DNA of 64,000 nt, taken from the NCBI GenBank assembly GCA_039028615.1, contig JBCCHT010000023.1, positions 1 to 64,000 on the forward strand, in the 5' to 3' direction. A program made the translations under genes and the position numbers. Positions 48,569 through 58,608 of the stretch are shown in pieces. The number at the start of each line of letters is the position of its first letter. Position 1 is the first letter of the stretch. The notes below the pieces were generated by a model. That model was given only the letters and a program-made list of their open reading frames with translations. It was not told the DNA's origin and searched no databases. The stretch is from Myxococcota bacterium. GTDB lineage: Bacteria > Myxococcota_A > Polyangia > Nannocystales > Nannocystaceae.

Positions 48569-51352
48569 ATGGATACGCGCGAGGACTCGCTTTCGCCTGA
48601 AGCCCCGCCTTCGCAGGGTCACGGGGCCAGGTCTTTGAGGGTCCGGGTCGCCAAATCGCTGTTTGACAAGCTCGACATCGAAGAAGTGGCGCCCCAGGAA
48701 TTTGGTCGCTACCTGCTCGAGGGGAAAATCGGGGAAGGCGGCATGGGCGAGGTCCACTTGGCGTGGGACCAGCAGCTCGGGCGGTACCTGGCACTCAAGG
48801 TGCTGTCGCCAGGCCGCGCGGGAGTCGAAGGCGAAGAAGGTGAGCGGGAGCGGAAACGCCTGACCCGCGAGGCCCAGGCCCTGGCGAAGGTCTCCCACCC
48901 GAACGTCGTGCACGTGTACGAGGTCGGCGAACACGAAGGCGACGTGTTCATCGCGATGGAGCACGTCGAAGGGTCGCCTCTGCACAAGTGGCTGCAAGGC
49001 GCGTCCAGGACCACAAAGGAAGTCCTCCAGGTCTTCCTGCAAGCCGGCGAAGGGCTGATCGCGGCCCATGATGCCGGCTTGGTGCATCGCGACTTCAAGC
49101 CGAGCAACGTTCTGGTGGGGGACGATGGTTGGGTGCGGGTCTTGGACTTTGGGCTCGCCCAAGGCCCCGGGCTCGAGGTGGGCGCGACTCGGTCAGCAAG
49201 CGGACGCGATGTCGCAGTCACGACGGGTCGGGTGACCAAGACGGGCGCGGTGGCGGGCACGCCCGCCTACATGGCGCCGGAGCAGTTCCGCGGTCACGAA
49301 CCCGATGCCCGAGCCGACCAGTTCAGCTTTTGCATGTCGGTCTACGAAGCATTGGCGGGATGCCGACCCTTCGAGGCCGAAGCGCTACGACGGGCGGGCG
49401 AACGAGCACTGCCCAGTCCAACGAAAGGCGATCGTCGAGTTCCCTGGCTGCTGGCGCGGGTGCTGCGACGCGGGCTCTCGGCCGAGCCGCAAAACCGCTG
49501 GGCGGACATGAAAGCGCTTTTGCAAGCGCTTCGCTCAGCCCAGCGTTGGCGAACGCTTCGATGGTGGGGTGCAGGACCCATCGTGTTCGGCTTGGCGGGC
49601 GCAGGGTTGATCACCATGGCCAATCAGCCCACCTGCGACCCCGCCTCTACGTCGCCCCCCGTGCGGTGGGCATCGGACCTCCCACAGCAAGTCGAAGAGG
49701 CGATGCTGTCGGTGAAGAAGCCCTATGCAGAAGACACGGCGAGGTTGTCCAACGATCGACTGGATGCCTTCGTAGGGGAGTGGACGCAAGCCTACAACTC
49801 GACCTGCCGGGCCGACGACGAGCGTCGCCAACGCGCTGAGGCGTGCTTGGCCAACTCCACCACGAGCTTCAACGCGGTCATCGACCGGCTGACGGAAGGC
49901 GATGAGCTGGGAGTCGTGAATGCGGGGTCAATCCTCGAGCAACTGGCATCTCCCAGCCCCTGTGCGGGTGCCGATCCGCCATCCGCGGATGCATCGGTCA
50001 CGGGAGAGCAGTTCCAGACGTTCGTCGAGGCCAAGGTGGACGCTGCGGCTGGCAGCTACGAGCGAGCCCTCGAGGAACTCGAGGAACTGAGCAACGAACT
50101 CCCCAAGACGGCAGACGACTTGCACGCCCAGACGTTGACGCTGCTGGGGCAGATGCAGGCAAAACGGGGGCGTCTCGACGAAGCGCGGTACCACCTGGGG
50201 CTTGCCAGCGGCCGAACCTACACACCAGAGCCGCAAGTCCAAGCCAAACTTGCGCTCACCGATCTTCTGCTGGAACTCGAAGACTACGACGCAGCGAAAG
50301 ACCAGCTCAACGGGGCCCAGCACTCCATCTCAGACACTTCGTTCGATACGCAGGCCGACTTCTTCGATCTCGATGGCAAGTACGAAATGTTCGCGAGGTA
50401 TGACGCGGAGGCAGGAGCCCAACGGCACGAGAAGGCCCTGGAGCTGAGACAGCGGCGGGAGGTCCCAGATCAGAGCCAGCTCTTCGCCACGCGGCAGCTG
50501 CTCGCCCACGCACTCGCCGCGAAGGAGGAGTTTGACAAAGCGACCAAGCTCTACGAGGCGGTCAGAGAATATCGAAAGGGGACCGTTGGCGAGGCACACC
50601 CGCTGTACGGGGAGGCATTGTTCAACCTGGGTGTTCACGAAGCGGACGACAGGGGGCGCTTCAACAACGCCAGAAAGTACCTCGAGGACGCACTAGAGAT
50701 CGTACGCAACGCGGAGGGCGAGAGTTCGCACTTCACGGCGCGGATCAAAGCCAAGCTGGCGGAGTCGTTGCTGGAGCTGGGGGAGAAGGAAGAGGCGCTG
50801 AAGCTCGCCAACGAGTCTTGGAGGACGCAGCAATCCTTGCCCCAAACCCACTCCGACTACCGCGCGAGCCTGGCCGCCCTGGCGTCGGTCGAGCAGGGCA
50901 ACGAGCTTTGGGAAGCGTCCCTGGAGCATCATCTACTACTAAATGCGGCCCAAGAGCTCGCCGGCTCCGTAGACCCCTCCGCGTTGCACAACCTCGCGTA
51001 TCTCAGTTGCAAGGCGGATCGATGCCCCGAAGCGAGAAAGTGGATCGAAGCCACGCGTGCGGAACTCGCAAAGCTCTCCCCCGAACAACGAGAGGAACTT
51101 GGTCTGCTCGTTCAGATGATGCTTCTGTACTCCCAAAGCATCGAGATGGTCGTAGAAATCGACGCAGGCAACCGGGAACGCGCAATCGAACTCGCCCGAG
51201 AGATCCGCGAAACAGCCGAAGCGTTAGAAATCGAGCCCGGCGACACGCGAAGCCAGGGCCAGCTCAAAACGCTCTACGAAGAGTTCGAGCCCTACGAAGA
51301 GCGCCTGGGCCTGCGCCCTACTCCTCCGCCTCCCGATACGGCACGTCCGTAA
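48569..51352 (+). CDS. membrane Ser/Thr kinase with TPR repeats
   Basis: GEGGMG, LALK, HRDFKPSN, DFG, APE; TM segment; helical repeats. Confidence 0.93.
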   Translation: MDTREDSLSPEAPPSQGHGARSLRVRVAKSLFDKLDIEEVAPQEFGRYLLEGKIGEGGMGEVHLAWDQQLGRYLALKVLSPGRAGVEGEEGERERKRLTREAQALAKVSHPNVVHVYEVGEHEGDVFIAMEHVEGSPLHKWLQGASRTTKEVLQVFLQAGEGLIAAHDAGLVHRDFKPSNVLVGDDGWVRVLDFGLAQGPGLEVGATRSASGRDVAVTTGRVTKTGAVAGTPAYMAPEQFRGHEPDARADQFSFCMSVYEALAGCRPFEAEALRRAGERALPSPTKGDRRVPWLLARVLRRGLSAEPQNRWADMKALLQALRSAQRWRTLRWWGAGPIVFGLAGAGLITMANQPTCDPASTSPPVRWASDLPQQVEEAMLSVKKPYAEDTARLSNDRLDAFVGEWTQAYNSTCRADDERRQRAEACLANSTTSFNAVIDRLTEGDELGVVNAGSILEQLASPSPCAGADPPSADASVTGEQFQTFVEAKVDAAAGSYERALEELEELSNELPKTADDLHAQTLTLLGQMQAKRGRLDEARYHLGLASGRTYTPEPQVQAKLALTDLLLELEDYDAAKDQLNGAQHSISDTSFDTQADFFDLDGKYEMFARYDAEAGAQRHEKALELRQRREVPDQSQLFATRQLLAHALAAKEEFDKATKLYEAVREYRKGTVGEAHPLYGEALFNLGVHEADDRGRFNNARKYLEDALEIVRNAEGESSHFTARIKAKLAESLLELGEKEEALKLANESWRTQQSLPQTHSDYRASLAALASVEQGNELWEASLEHHLLLNAAQELAGSVDPSALHNLAYLSCKADRCPEARKWIEATRAELAKLSPEQREELGLLVQMMLLYSQSIEMVVEIDAGNRERAIELAREIRETAEALEIEPGDTRSQGQLKTLYEEFEPYEERLGLRPTPPPPDTARP

Positions 51353-51980
51353 GCGAAGCCTCGAAATCAACCCCCGGGTAGTCCACCGTCTCGGCCGTGT
51401 CGTAGTCATGGCAGCTGGTCAGCCGCGCCTTGATGGTGCCGGACAGGTGCGTGTCGTCGAACGCCGTCACCTCCATCATCAGGTCATCGGGCGTCCCTTC
51501 GTTACCGCCACAGCCCACGAGCTGCTCCTTGCCACCGACCATTGCCGAGAACCCCACGTTCATGCGAAACACCTCGTTGGGCCCCTTCTTGATCTCCATC
51601 TCGCGAAACTCGAAGCGCACGGTGGGCACGCGAGCTTTTCGAGCGTTGATGTCGATGGAGGGCTTGGGCTTGCCGGGGAGACCCTTGGGAAAGGGAGTCA
51701 CCCTGGCTCGGCCCTTGGCCTCGGTGAAGGGCTCCGCGTCGCCGATCTTCACGGAGAAGGCGTACTTTTCCTCGGGCTCGGCGTCGGCCTTTTTTGCACC
51801 GGCCTTCTTGGCATCCCCACCGCTCTTGGAGGACTTGGCGTCGGACTTCTTGCCATCGGCGGAGTCGCCGGCCTTGGCTTTCTCGCCTTTGTCGGCCGCG
51901 CCGTCGGAGTCGCAGCCGGCGGAAACGAGCACGAGCGCGGGAAGAAGCGAGAGGACGGAACGTCGGAAAGTCGTGGTCAT
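51318..51980 (-). CDS. hypothetical lipoprotein
   Basis: Lipobox VSAGC; Lys/Ala/Asp linker; beta-rich domain with a Cys pair. Confidence 0.7.
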   Translation of the reverse strand: MTTTFRRSVLSLLPALVLVSAGCDSDGAADKGEKAKAGDSADGKKSDAKSSKSGGDAKKAGAKKADAEPEEKYAFSVKIGDAEPFTEAKGRARVTPFPKGLPGKPKPSIDINARKARVPTVRFEFREMEIKKGPNEVFRMNVGFSAMVGGKEQLVGCGGNEGTPDDLMMEVTAFDDTHLSGTIKARLTSCHDYDTAETVDYPGVDFEASLTDVPYREAEE

Positions 51981-52108
51981 GATGAAAAGCGGGGCGCGGA
52001 GGGCCCGATACGGGTAGTCCGCACGGGGGCACCCGTGATCATGCGACCGGCGATTTTTTTGCACGAGGTGAACGGCTGATCACGGTGGATCCACCTCAGA
52101 GCCCGAAT

Positions 52109-52846
52109 TCAGGCCATGAGCTGCTCCCAGCGGGCACACAGCAGGTCGACCTAGGGCTCCGCGGCCAAGCCGGGGTAGCGGCCGAGCCCGTAACCCTCGT
52201 TGCACTCGACGACGACCCACCGCCCGTTCGCGAGGCGACCGACGTCGATCGAGAACCCGGCCACCGCCTCGTCGGTGCGACGCAGCCGGTTCAGGGCGTC
52301 GTCGAGGAACGCAGCCGGTGGCGCTTGGTCGTCCGCCCCGTGGTAGTGACACAGGCCGCGGACTTGGCCGTGCACGACGTAGGCACGGTACTCGGAGACG
52401 AACTCGACGACGGTGCTGCACTGCACCTCGAGGCGACCGGACGCGCCCTGAAAACGAAACGCGTCGTCGTAGCCGCCAAAGACGAAGCCGGTGAAGCGCT
52501 TGTCTTTGGCGAGCGGCTTGACGAACACGGGCAGGTCGCCCTCGTTGGTGAGCACGGCATCGACGGTGGAGGTCCACTGGCGTCGGCCCATCAAGGGAGC
52601 GAGCGAAGCGGGATAGGTCGGCAGGCGCTGCGCCTCGACCCCGAGCACCTTGAAGGCCGCGGCCATCATGTCGAGGTCTCCGGCGACGAGCGTGGTCGGG
52701 GACAGAGCCAGCTGCCGACGTCGCATCCGCTTGGCGGTGAAGGTCTGCACGTCGATACCACGCGCGGGCAGGATCTCGAGCACGGCCTGGGCCTCGACAT
52801 CGGGCCGGTTGGGGTCCACGACGTGGACGTAGGCGCGCTCGATCAT
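52109..52846 (-). CDS. ATP-grasp (DUF4343/R2K-like) protein with an in-frame TAG 14 codons before the probable true end
   Basis: PVFVKP..KRFTG, SEYR, IDVG..VVECNEGY; after TAG (52151-52153) the frame continues VDLLCARWEQLMA*. Confidence 0.8.
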
Positions 52847-52877
52847 CGAAGGTCAGTGTAGACCAGTGTTGCTCGGA

Positions 52878-53219
52878 TCAAGTCACGTCCTGCCACGACC
52901 GAACGAACCGGACCACGATCCACGCAGCGGCGAGCAGCATCGAAGCGATGCCCAACGCGGTGAGCTTGGCGGCACGGATCACCCGGCCGTGCCTCGGGCC
53001 CAAGACCAAAGCACCGATGAAGGCCACATTCGCGGTGTTGAACAGCCGCACCGCGGTGTCTTCGGCCAACCACCAGGTCACCCGCTGGAGCGTTCCCGGG
53101 TCGACGTTGACGATGACGGCGTGGTCGTAGAGATCCGAGTATGTGAACACGAGCCAGCATCCGAAGACCCAAAGGGCCGGAAGCCAGATCTGGTGCCGAC
53201 GGGGCTCGGGGCTCTCCAC
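52878..53219 (-). CDS. small membrane protein (about 3 TM)
   Basis: Three hydrophobic segments; start approximate. Confidence 0.55.
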   Translation of the reverse strand: MESPEPRRHQIWLPALWVFGCWLVFTYSDLYDHAVIVNVDPGTLQRVTWWLAEDTAVRLFNTANVAFIGALVLGPRHGRVIRAAKLTALGIASMLLAAAWIVVRFVRSWQDVT

Positions 53220-53325
53220 GGTCGAAACAACGGGTGAATCGGCGCGTGCTTTCAGGCCCAACGCCGTCGATGAACCCCGCGGCCCGAGTCGAGCCGCAGG
53301 GTTCCGTTCGTCGGCGATCAGGAGC

Positions 53326-54348
53326 TCAGAACCCGGGCCCTTCGATCTCCCCCGCCTCGACCTCTTCGGCCGGCATGCCCATGGGGACATCGCTGGCCGG
53401 TAGCTCGGCGAGCGACACGATCGACCCGTCCTCGGCACGCGCGTGCAAGGCCCCGGACAGCGCCGCGCCGAGGGCGACGATGTCGTCGGAGGTCACGTCC
53501 TCGTCCTCCGGGTCGACCACGTGCTGCAGCGTGGTGCTGTACCCGAGCTGGGTCAGCTCGTTCTGCGTATTCTGGTAGCCGGCCAGGAACGCGGCGGGGG
53601 TCATCGACTGGGTCCAGGTGTGCTGACCGTTGACGGCGTTGTAGGTCCACAATCGCAGGGTCAACGAATCCACCGTCCACGGCACGGTCTGAGCGCACGC
53701 GACGAAGTCGTCGAAGAGCTGATGCGCGTTGCCGCCCTGGACGTGACAGGCCTGCGTGAGCGTGGGAGCACCCGGCGGTGTGGAAATGGTGACCGACTCG
53801 ATCATCGCGACTTCGGTGGCCCCGGTCGCGGTGGGAATGATGTAGTCGAAATAGGTGGGCGATCCCCAGCGATCCATGCCCAAGATCGCGATGGCGATGG
53901 TCTCGATGGGGCTGGGCGTCTCGGGGCACAGCCACTCCCCCGAACCGGGCTCGGGATCTCCTGCGGCATTCTCGTAGAGGAAGGGGCCGAAGAACGAGGG
54001 GTTGTTCTCCATATAGTTGAGGTCATCCGCGTGATGGCAGTGGACCCCCCAAGTACCCGCTTGGGGCACATTCTCGACGCCGTTGACGTTGATGCTGTAG
54101 TGCGGCGGGTTGTGGGTGACGATGTCCGGATCGGCGACCCCCTTCCAGTCGAGGGCGTGATAGCCGTACAGCGCGGTCTGTACGAGGGTATAGCCGGTCC
54201 CCGGATAGTTCATCGAGCCGAGGCCGGTGGGGGTGTAGGTGGTGACGGTCGGGGCCTTGTCGACCGAGGGGTCGACGATGCTGGACTCTCCGGCAAAGGC
54301 GGGCGTGGCCAGCAAGGCAAGGGCGAGCAGGGGGGCGTTTCGAAGCAT
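53326..54348 (-). CDS. secreted hypothetical protein
   Basis: Signal peptide MLRNAPLLALALLATPAFA; codon pattern typical of coding DNA. Confidence 0.75.
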   Translation of the reverse strand: MLRNAPLLALALLATPAFAGESSIVDPSVDKAPTVTTYTPTGLGSMNYPGTGYTLVQTALYGYHALDWKGVADPDIVTHNPPHYSINVNGVENVPQAGTWGVHCHHADDLNYMENNPSFFGPFLYENAAGDPEPGSGEWLCPETPSPIETIAIAILGMDRWGSPTYFDYIIPTATGATEVAMIESVTISTPPGAPTLTQACHVQGGNAHQLFDDFVACAQTVPWTVDSLTLRLWTYNAVNGQHTWTQSMTPAAFLAGYQNTQNELTQLGYSTTLQHVVDPEDEDVTSDDIVALGAALSGALHARAEDGSIVSLAELPASDVPMGMPAEEVEAGEIEGPGF

Positions 54349-54571
54349 GGGGGATTGACTCCTGTCGGGACGGGCCGCGACGTGCGGCCGGATACAGCGG
54401 CCAAACTGGCGTCCCCCCTCGGATTTGGCATCTGAACGCGATCTAAAACGAGGCATCAGAGGGGGCCTGGCGCCCGTGGTCGGGTCGATGGCCGCCCCTG
54501 CCCTGCTCCGCCGCCCACCGCCAATCCATCCCCGCGGTGAATGCACGCGTGCTCCATGCAAAACTGTCATC

Positions 54572-55471
54572 GTGCATCCCCATGCCGTGATCCAGTTGCC
54601 CGATGGTTCGGCTCATGAACTGGTGCCCGGAGACATCATCGGACGCATGCACACGGCGGCGCTCGTCGTGGACGACGGGCGGGTGAGCGAAGCCCACGCG
54701 ATGGTGAGCCTGCGGGGCGGCGATCTGCAGCTGCTGGGGCTGCGGGGCGCGTTCACGGTCGACGGGACTGCGCGCGACCAGGTAGTGCTGAAGACCGGGC
54801 TGCGGGTGGCGCTGGCCAAGGGCGTCGCCCTGCGCGTGCTGTCGGTGACGCTGCCCGACGATGTGCTGGGTCTCGAAGGACCCGACCTCCCGCTGCGTGC
54901 GCTGCCAGGGGTGTCGTCGATCGTGACGTCACCGCGGCTGCGCGTCGTTCGAGGCTGGGACGAACGCGCGACGGCGCGGGTCTGGAGCACGGGCGAGGCC
55001 TGGCGACTGCGCGTCGGTGACGGAGCCCACCGCCCGGTGGAGGCAGGCGACGAGATCGAGATCGACGGAGCGACCCTGCGCTTCCGGTCGATCCCGCTGT
55101 CGGGTGCGGGCCATAGCGCGACCCGCCGACCCGATCGCCCGGCCGCGTCGCTGACCATCGTGGCGAACTACGACTCGGTGCAGATCCACCGCGAAGGCCG
55201 GGTCGTGCTGCACTTCGGCGGGATCTTGGCGCGCTTGGTTTCGGAGCTGGTCGCGGTGCGAGGCCCGGTCGCGTGGCGAGTCTTGGCCGCGGAGCTGTGG
55301 CCGGATCAGGACGACGCGGCGGTGGTCCGCGGTCGGCTCGACGTCAACCTCAGCCGTCTGCGTCGCAAGTTTCGTGTGGCCGGGCTGCGCCCCGACCTCG
55401 TCCGCACCGATGGGGCCGGCCAAGTGGAGCTGGTGCTCGGGCCTCACGACACCATCGAGGACCGTACGTGA
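54572..55471 (+). CDS. FHA-domain protein with C-terminal winged-helix (OmpR-like) domain
   Basis: IIGR..DGRVSEAHA (FHA); LAAELWP..RLDVNLSRLRRK (wHTH). Confidence 0.78.
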   Translation: MHPHAVIQLPDGSAHELVPGDIIGRMHTAALVVDDGRVSEAHAMVSLRGGDLQLLGLRGAFTVDGTARDQVVLKTGLRVALAKGVALRVLSVTLPDDVLGLEGPDLPLRALPGVSSIVTSPRLRVVRGWDERATARVWSTGEAWRLRVGDGAHRPVEAGDEIEIDGATLRFRSIPLSGAGHSATRRPDRPAASLTIVANYDSVQIHREGRVVLHFGGILARLVSELVAVRGPVAWRVLAAELWPDQDDAAVVRGRLDVNLSRLRRKFRVAGLRPDLVRTDGAGQVELVLGPHDTIEDRT

Positions 55472-58400
55472 GCGACACCCCGGCGCGCTTGCGGGTGCTG
55501 AGCGGAGGCCCGCTCGAGGGCACGGCCGACCGCGTAGGGACCGAGGGTTCGGCCTGCTTCGACGTGACCGAGCGCGAGCGCTACGACGATGCGGGGCGAC
55601 TGGGGCGAGGTGGCATGGGCGAGGTACGGGTCGCGGTCGACCAACGCCTCGACCGAGAGGTCGCCCTCAAGACGAGCCTGGCCCACGACGCGGAGACCGA
55701 GGCGCGAATGGTGCGGGAAGCGATGCTGGCTGCCCACCTGGAGCACCCCGGCATCGTGCCGGTCTACGGGGCGGGGCGACTGCCGGACGGGCGCCTGTAC
55801 TACACGATGCGGGTCGTCCGTGGCCGCTCGCTGCAAGATGCACTCGCAGACACCACCACGCTGGCCTCCCGGTTGCGACTGGTGCGACGGGTACTCGATG
55901 CCGCCGAAGCGGTCGCCTACGCCCACGATCGCGGCGTGCTGCACCGCGACCTGAAGCCGGCGAACGTGATGCTGGCCGAGCACGGGGAGACGGTGGTCGT
56001 GGACTGGGGCCTGGCGACGATGCTGTCTCCCGCGCCCCCCGTCGACGGGACCTCGGTGCCCGGTCACTCGTCCGAGCCTCCCGCGACACCGCTGTCGAGC
56101 GAGACGGGCACCGACCCGGGCGGAGCCGATCTCACGCTGCCCGGCGACGTGTTCGGGACCCCCGCGTACATGGCCCCGGAGCAGGCCCGCGGCGAACAGG
56201 TGGGCAAGCGGGCGGACGTCTTTGCGCTCGGCGGGATGCTCTTCCACCTGCTGACCGGACACCCGCCACGAGAGTGCGACGCCACGGCGGGTCCCACGGA
56301 GCCCGTGCGCGCGCGTCATCCCGAGGTTCCGGCCGAGCTCGCGGCCATCGCCGATCGGGCCCTGTCGGACGATGCCACCGCGCGCTATCCAGACGCGGGC
56401 GCGCTGGCAGCCGATCTCGCCGCATGGCTCGACGGTCGCCCCGTCACCGCCCACGACTATTCCCTCGTCGAGCTGCTGGCGCGCCTGGTTCGAGCCCACC
56501 GCCTCGCCATCACGGTGGCCCTGATCGCGACCATCGGAATCGTGGTGGCCATCGTCGTCGGCATGCAACGCACGATCGCCGAGCGCAACCGGGCCCGCGC
56601 GGCGGAGACCGAGGCGGTGCAGGCCCGCGAGAGCTCGGATGCCAACCTGGCGCGCGCGCTCGTGGCCCAGGCCATCGTCGCCGCCGATCGAGGAGACCGA
56701 GCCCGCGCCGAGCTCCTCGCCGCCCATGCGCTGCGTTTCGGCGAGGATCCGCGCGCACGAGGGCTGCTGGCCCGATCCGCGGGTCGACCCCGAGCGACCC
56801 GCGTGCACGTGGGTCCTCCTCTCGATTGCCTCGACGTGGAAGTCGACACCCGGGGCGAGCGCGTCGCGTGTCTGCGCGACGACGAGGTCCTGGTACTGGT
56901 ACCCGATCGAGGCCCGACGCCCCTCGCTCGCCGACCGATCCGAGCCTGGTCGGCCGCGTTCGGGGGTGACCTGCCGTGGCTGGCCATGCTCGACGAAGAG
57001 GGGATCTTGGGATGGGACCTCGCCACGAACCGAATCGACCGCTTGCCCGGGCCGTCGCTCGACTCCGAGCTGCGCACCACCGCCATCCCCGGCGTCGCGC
57101 TGCGCTTCGCTCGAGGCCGGGCGCACGTGGTCGATGCCGACGGCCACCCCGAGGCGCTGGGGCCCGAGTGTCCAGGGCGTACCCGACCGCTGCGCTCGGT
57201 CATGCTGCCCGGTGCGCGGGTCTTCTACGCCTGCGCGGGCCGAGGCTCGGCGGATAGCACCATCGTGCGAATCGAGGCCGACGGCACCCACGAACAGCTG
57301 CTGTCGATTCCCGTCGGGGATGGGCCGCCCTCCGCCTTGGACGTCGACCCCGACGACCCGCAGCGAGTCGTCGTCGGCACCGAGGACGGCCTCGTCACCC
57401 TCTACGAGCGAGGCCGCGTGCTGGTCCTTCGTCGACCCGAGGGCGGCCCCGGCGTGCGCGAGCTGGCGCTATCCGGCTCTCGCATCGCCATCGCGGGTAG
57501 CCAAGGGGGCGTGCAGGTCCTCGACCTCGAAGCGCCGCAGTGGAGCACGAGCCTCCCGGCGGGCCCCGCCACCGTGCGCTGGATCGAGGATGGGCAGGTG
57601 CTCCGAGTGGTGAGCGACGAGGTCACCGACTGGGAAGTCCCCGCCGTCCTGTGGCCCCACCGCCTGGAGCTCGGCTCCGGGCTCTCCGCGGTCGCGCTCA
57701 GCCCCGACGGCGAGACGATCGGCAGCACCCACGGCGACGGCACCCTGCGCCTGCACGAGCGCAGGACCGGCGCGCTCCGCTTTCGGCACTCGCTCCAAGG
57801 CGGCGTCGCCAAGGACCTGGCCTTCTCCCCCGATGGCCGCTTCGTCGCCGCGGGTACGGCCCAGGGCCTCGAGGTGGTGGTCTTCGACGTCGAGTCGGGG
57901 GCACGCGTGCGCTCCATTCCCACCAAGAAAACCCGCCGACTCGCCTGGGATGCGACCCAGCTATTCGTGGTCCCGAGTGCCTATGCCCTCACCAGCTGGG
58001 ACTCGGTCGGCACGCGCCGCGACTGGGCGGTGGACCTGCAGGTCGACGATCTCGAGCGCATCGTGGACGGACCCGGCGTGGTGATCGTCGAAAACCGCAG
58101 CTTCGTTCGCCGACTCGACCCCGCGGTGGGACTGCACGCCGACACGCCGCGGGCCGAGGTCACCAATGCCCACGCCGTCGCGAGCAGCCGCAACCGGACC
58201 TACGTCGCGGCCGGCCACATGGTGGTCACCTTCGACGCCGAGCTGCGAGAGCTCGATCGGCTACGAACCCCGGGGGCCGAGATCGAAGAGGTCGCCCTTT
58301 CTCCCGACGCTCGCTGGCTCGCGGTCGGTCACCGCGACGGCGCGGTGGGGCTGTGGCGAACCGAGGACTGGCAGCCAATCGCTCGGCTCGAAGGCCATAC

Positions 58401-58575
58401 GGGTCGGGTCCCGGCCCTCGCCTTCACTCCCCGAGGCGACGGGCTCGTCAGCGGGAGCTGGGACGGCACGATCCGCACCTGGGACCTCGGCGTCATGGAG
58501 ATCACCGCGGCCGACTTCATCGAGACGGCGCAAGCGGCCTGGGGCATGGACCTGGCCGCCGCGCTGCAGCGCTAG
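55468..58575 (+). CDS. membrane Ser/Thr kinase with WD40 repeats
   Basis: GRGGMG, HRDLKPAN, DWG, APE; TM segment; LEGHTGRV..SGSWDGTIRTWD; GTGA overlap with the upstream gene. Confidence 0.93.
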   Translation: MSDTPARLRVLSGGPLEGTADRVGTEGSACFDVTERERYDDAGRLGRGGMGEVRVAVDQRLDREVALKTSLAHDAETEARMVREAMLAAHLEHPGIVPVYGAGRLPDGRLYYTMRVVRGRSLQDALADTTTLASRLRLVRRVLDAAEAVAYAHDRGVLHRDLKPANVMLAEHGETVVVDWGLATMLSPAPPVDGTSVPGHSSEPPATPLSSETGTDPGGADLTLPGDVFGTPAYMAPEQARGEQVGKRADVFALGGMLFHLLTGHPPRECDATAGPTEPVRARHPEVPAELAAIADRALSDDATARYPDAGALAADLAAWLDGRPVTAHDYSLVELLARLVRAHRLAITVALIATIGIVVAIVVGMQRTIAERNRARAAETEAVQARESSDANLARALVAQAIVAADRGDRARAELLAAHALRFGEDPRARGLLARSAGRPRATRVHVGPPLDCLDVEVDTRGERVACLRDDEVLVLVPDRGPTPLARRPIRAWSAAFGGDLPWLAMLDEEGILGWDLATNRIDRLPGPSLDSELRTTAIPGVALRFARGRAHVVDADGHPEALGPECPGRTRPLRSVMLPGARVFYACAGRGSADSTIVRIEADGTHEQLLSIPVGDGPPSALDVDPDDPQRVVVGTEDGLVTLYERGRVLVLRRPEGGPGVRELALSGSRIAIAGSQGGVQVLDLEAPQWSTSLPAGPATVRWIEDGQVLRVVSDEVTDWEVPAVLWPHRLELGSGLSAVALSPDGETIGSTHGDGTLRLHERRTGALRFRHSLQGGVAKDLAFSPDGRFVAAGTAQGLEVVVFDVESGARVRSIPTKKTRRLAWDATQLFVVPSAYALTSWDSVGTRRDWAVDLQVDDLERIVDGPGVVIVENRSFVRRLDPAVGLHADTPRAEVTNAHAVASSRNRTYVAAGHMVVTFDAELRELDRLRTPGAEIEEVALSPDARWLAVGHRDGAVGLWRTEDWQPIARLEGHTGRVPALAFTPRGDGLVSGSWDGTIRTWDLGVMEITAADFIETAQAAWGMDLAAALQR

Positions 58576-58608
58576 AGTTCGTCGGCCCTCTGGTCTGCCG
58601 CCGAAAGC

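Noticed and set aside
52151..52153. Pyrrolysine or genome-wide amber recoding
   Set aside because: Other genes here end normally at TAG (e.g. 6428, 21516, 32363) and no suppressor tRNA or pyl genes are visible.
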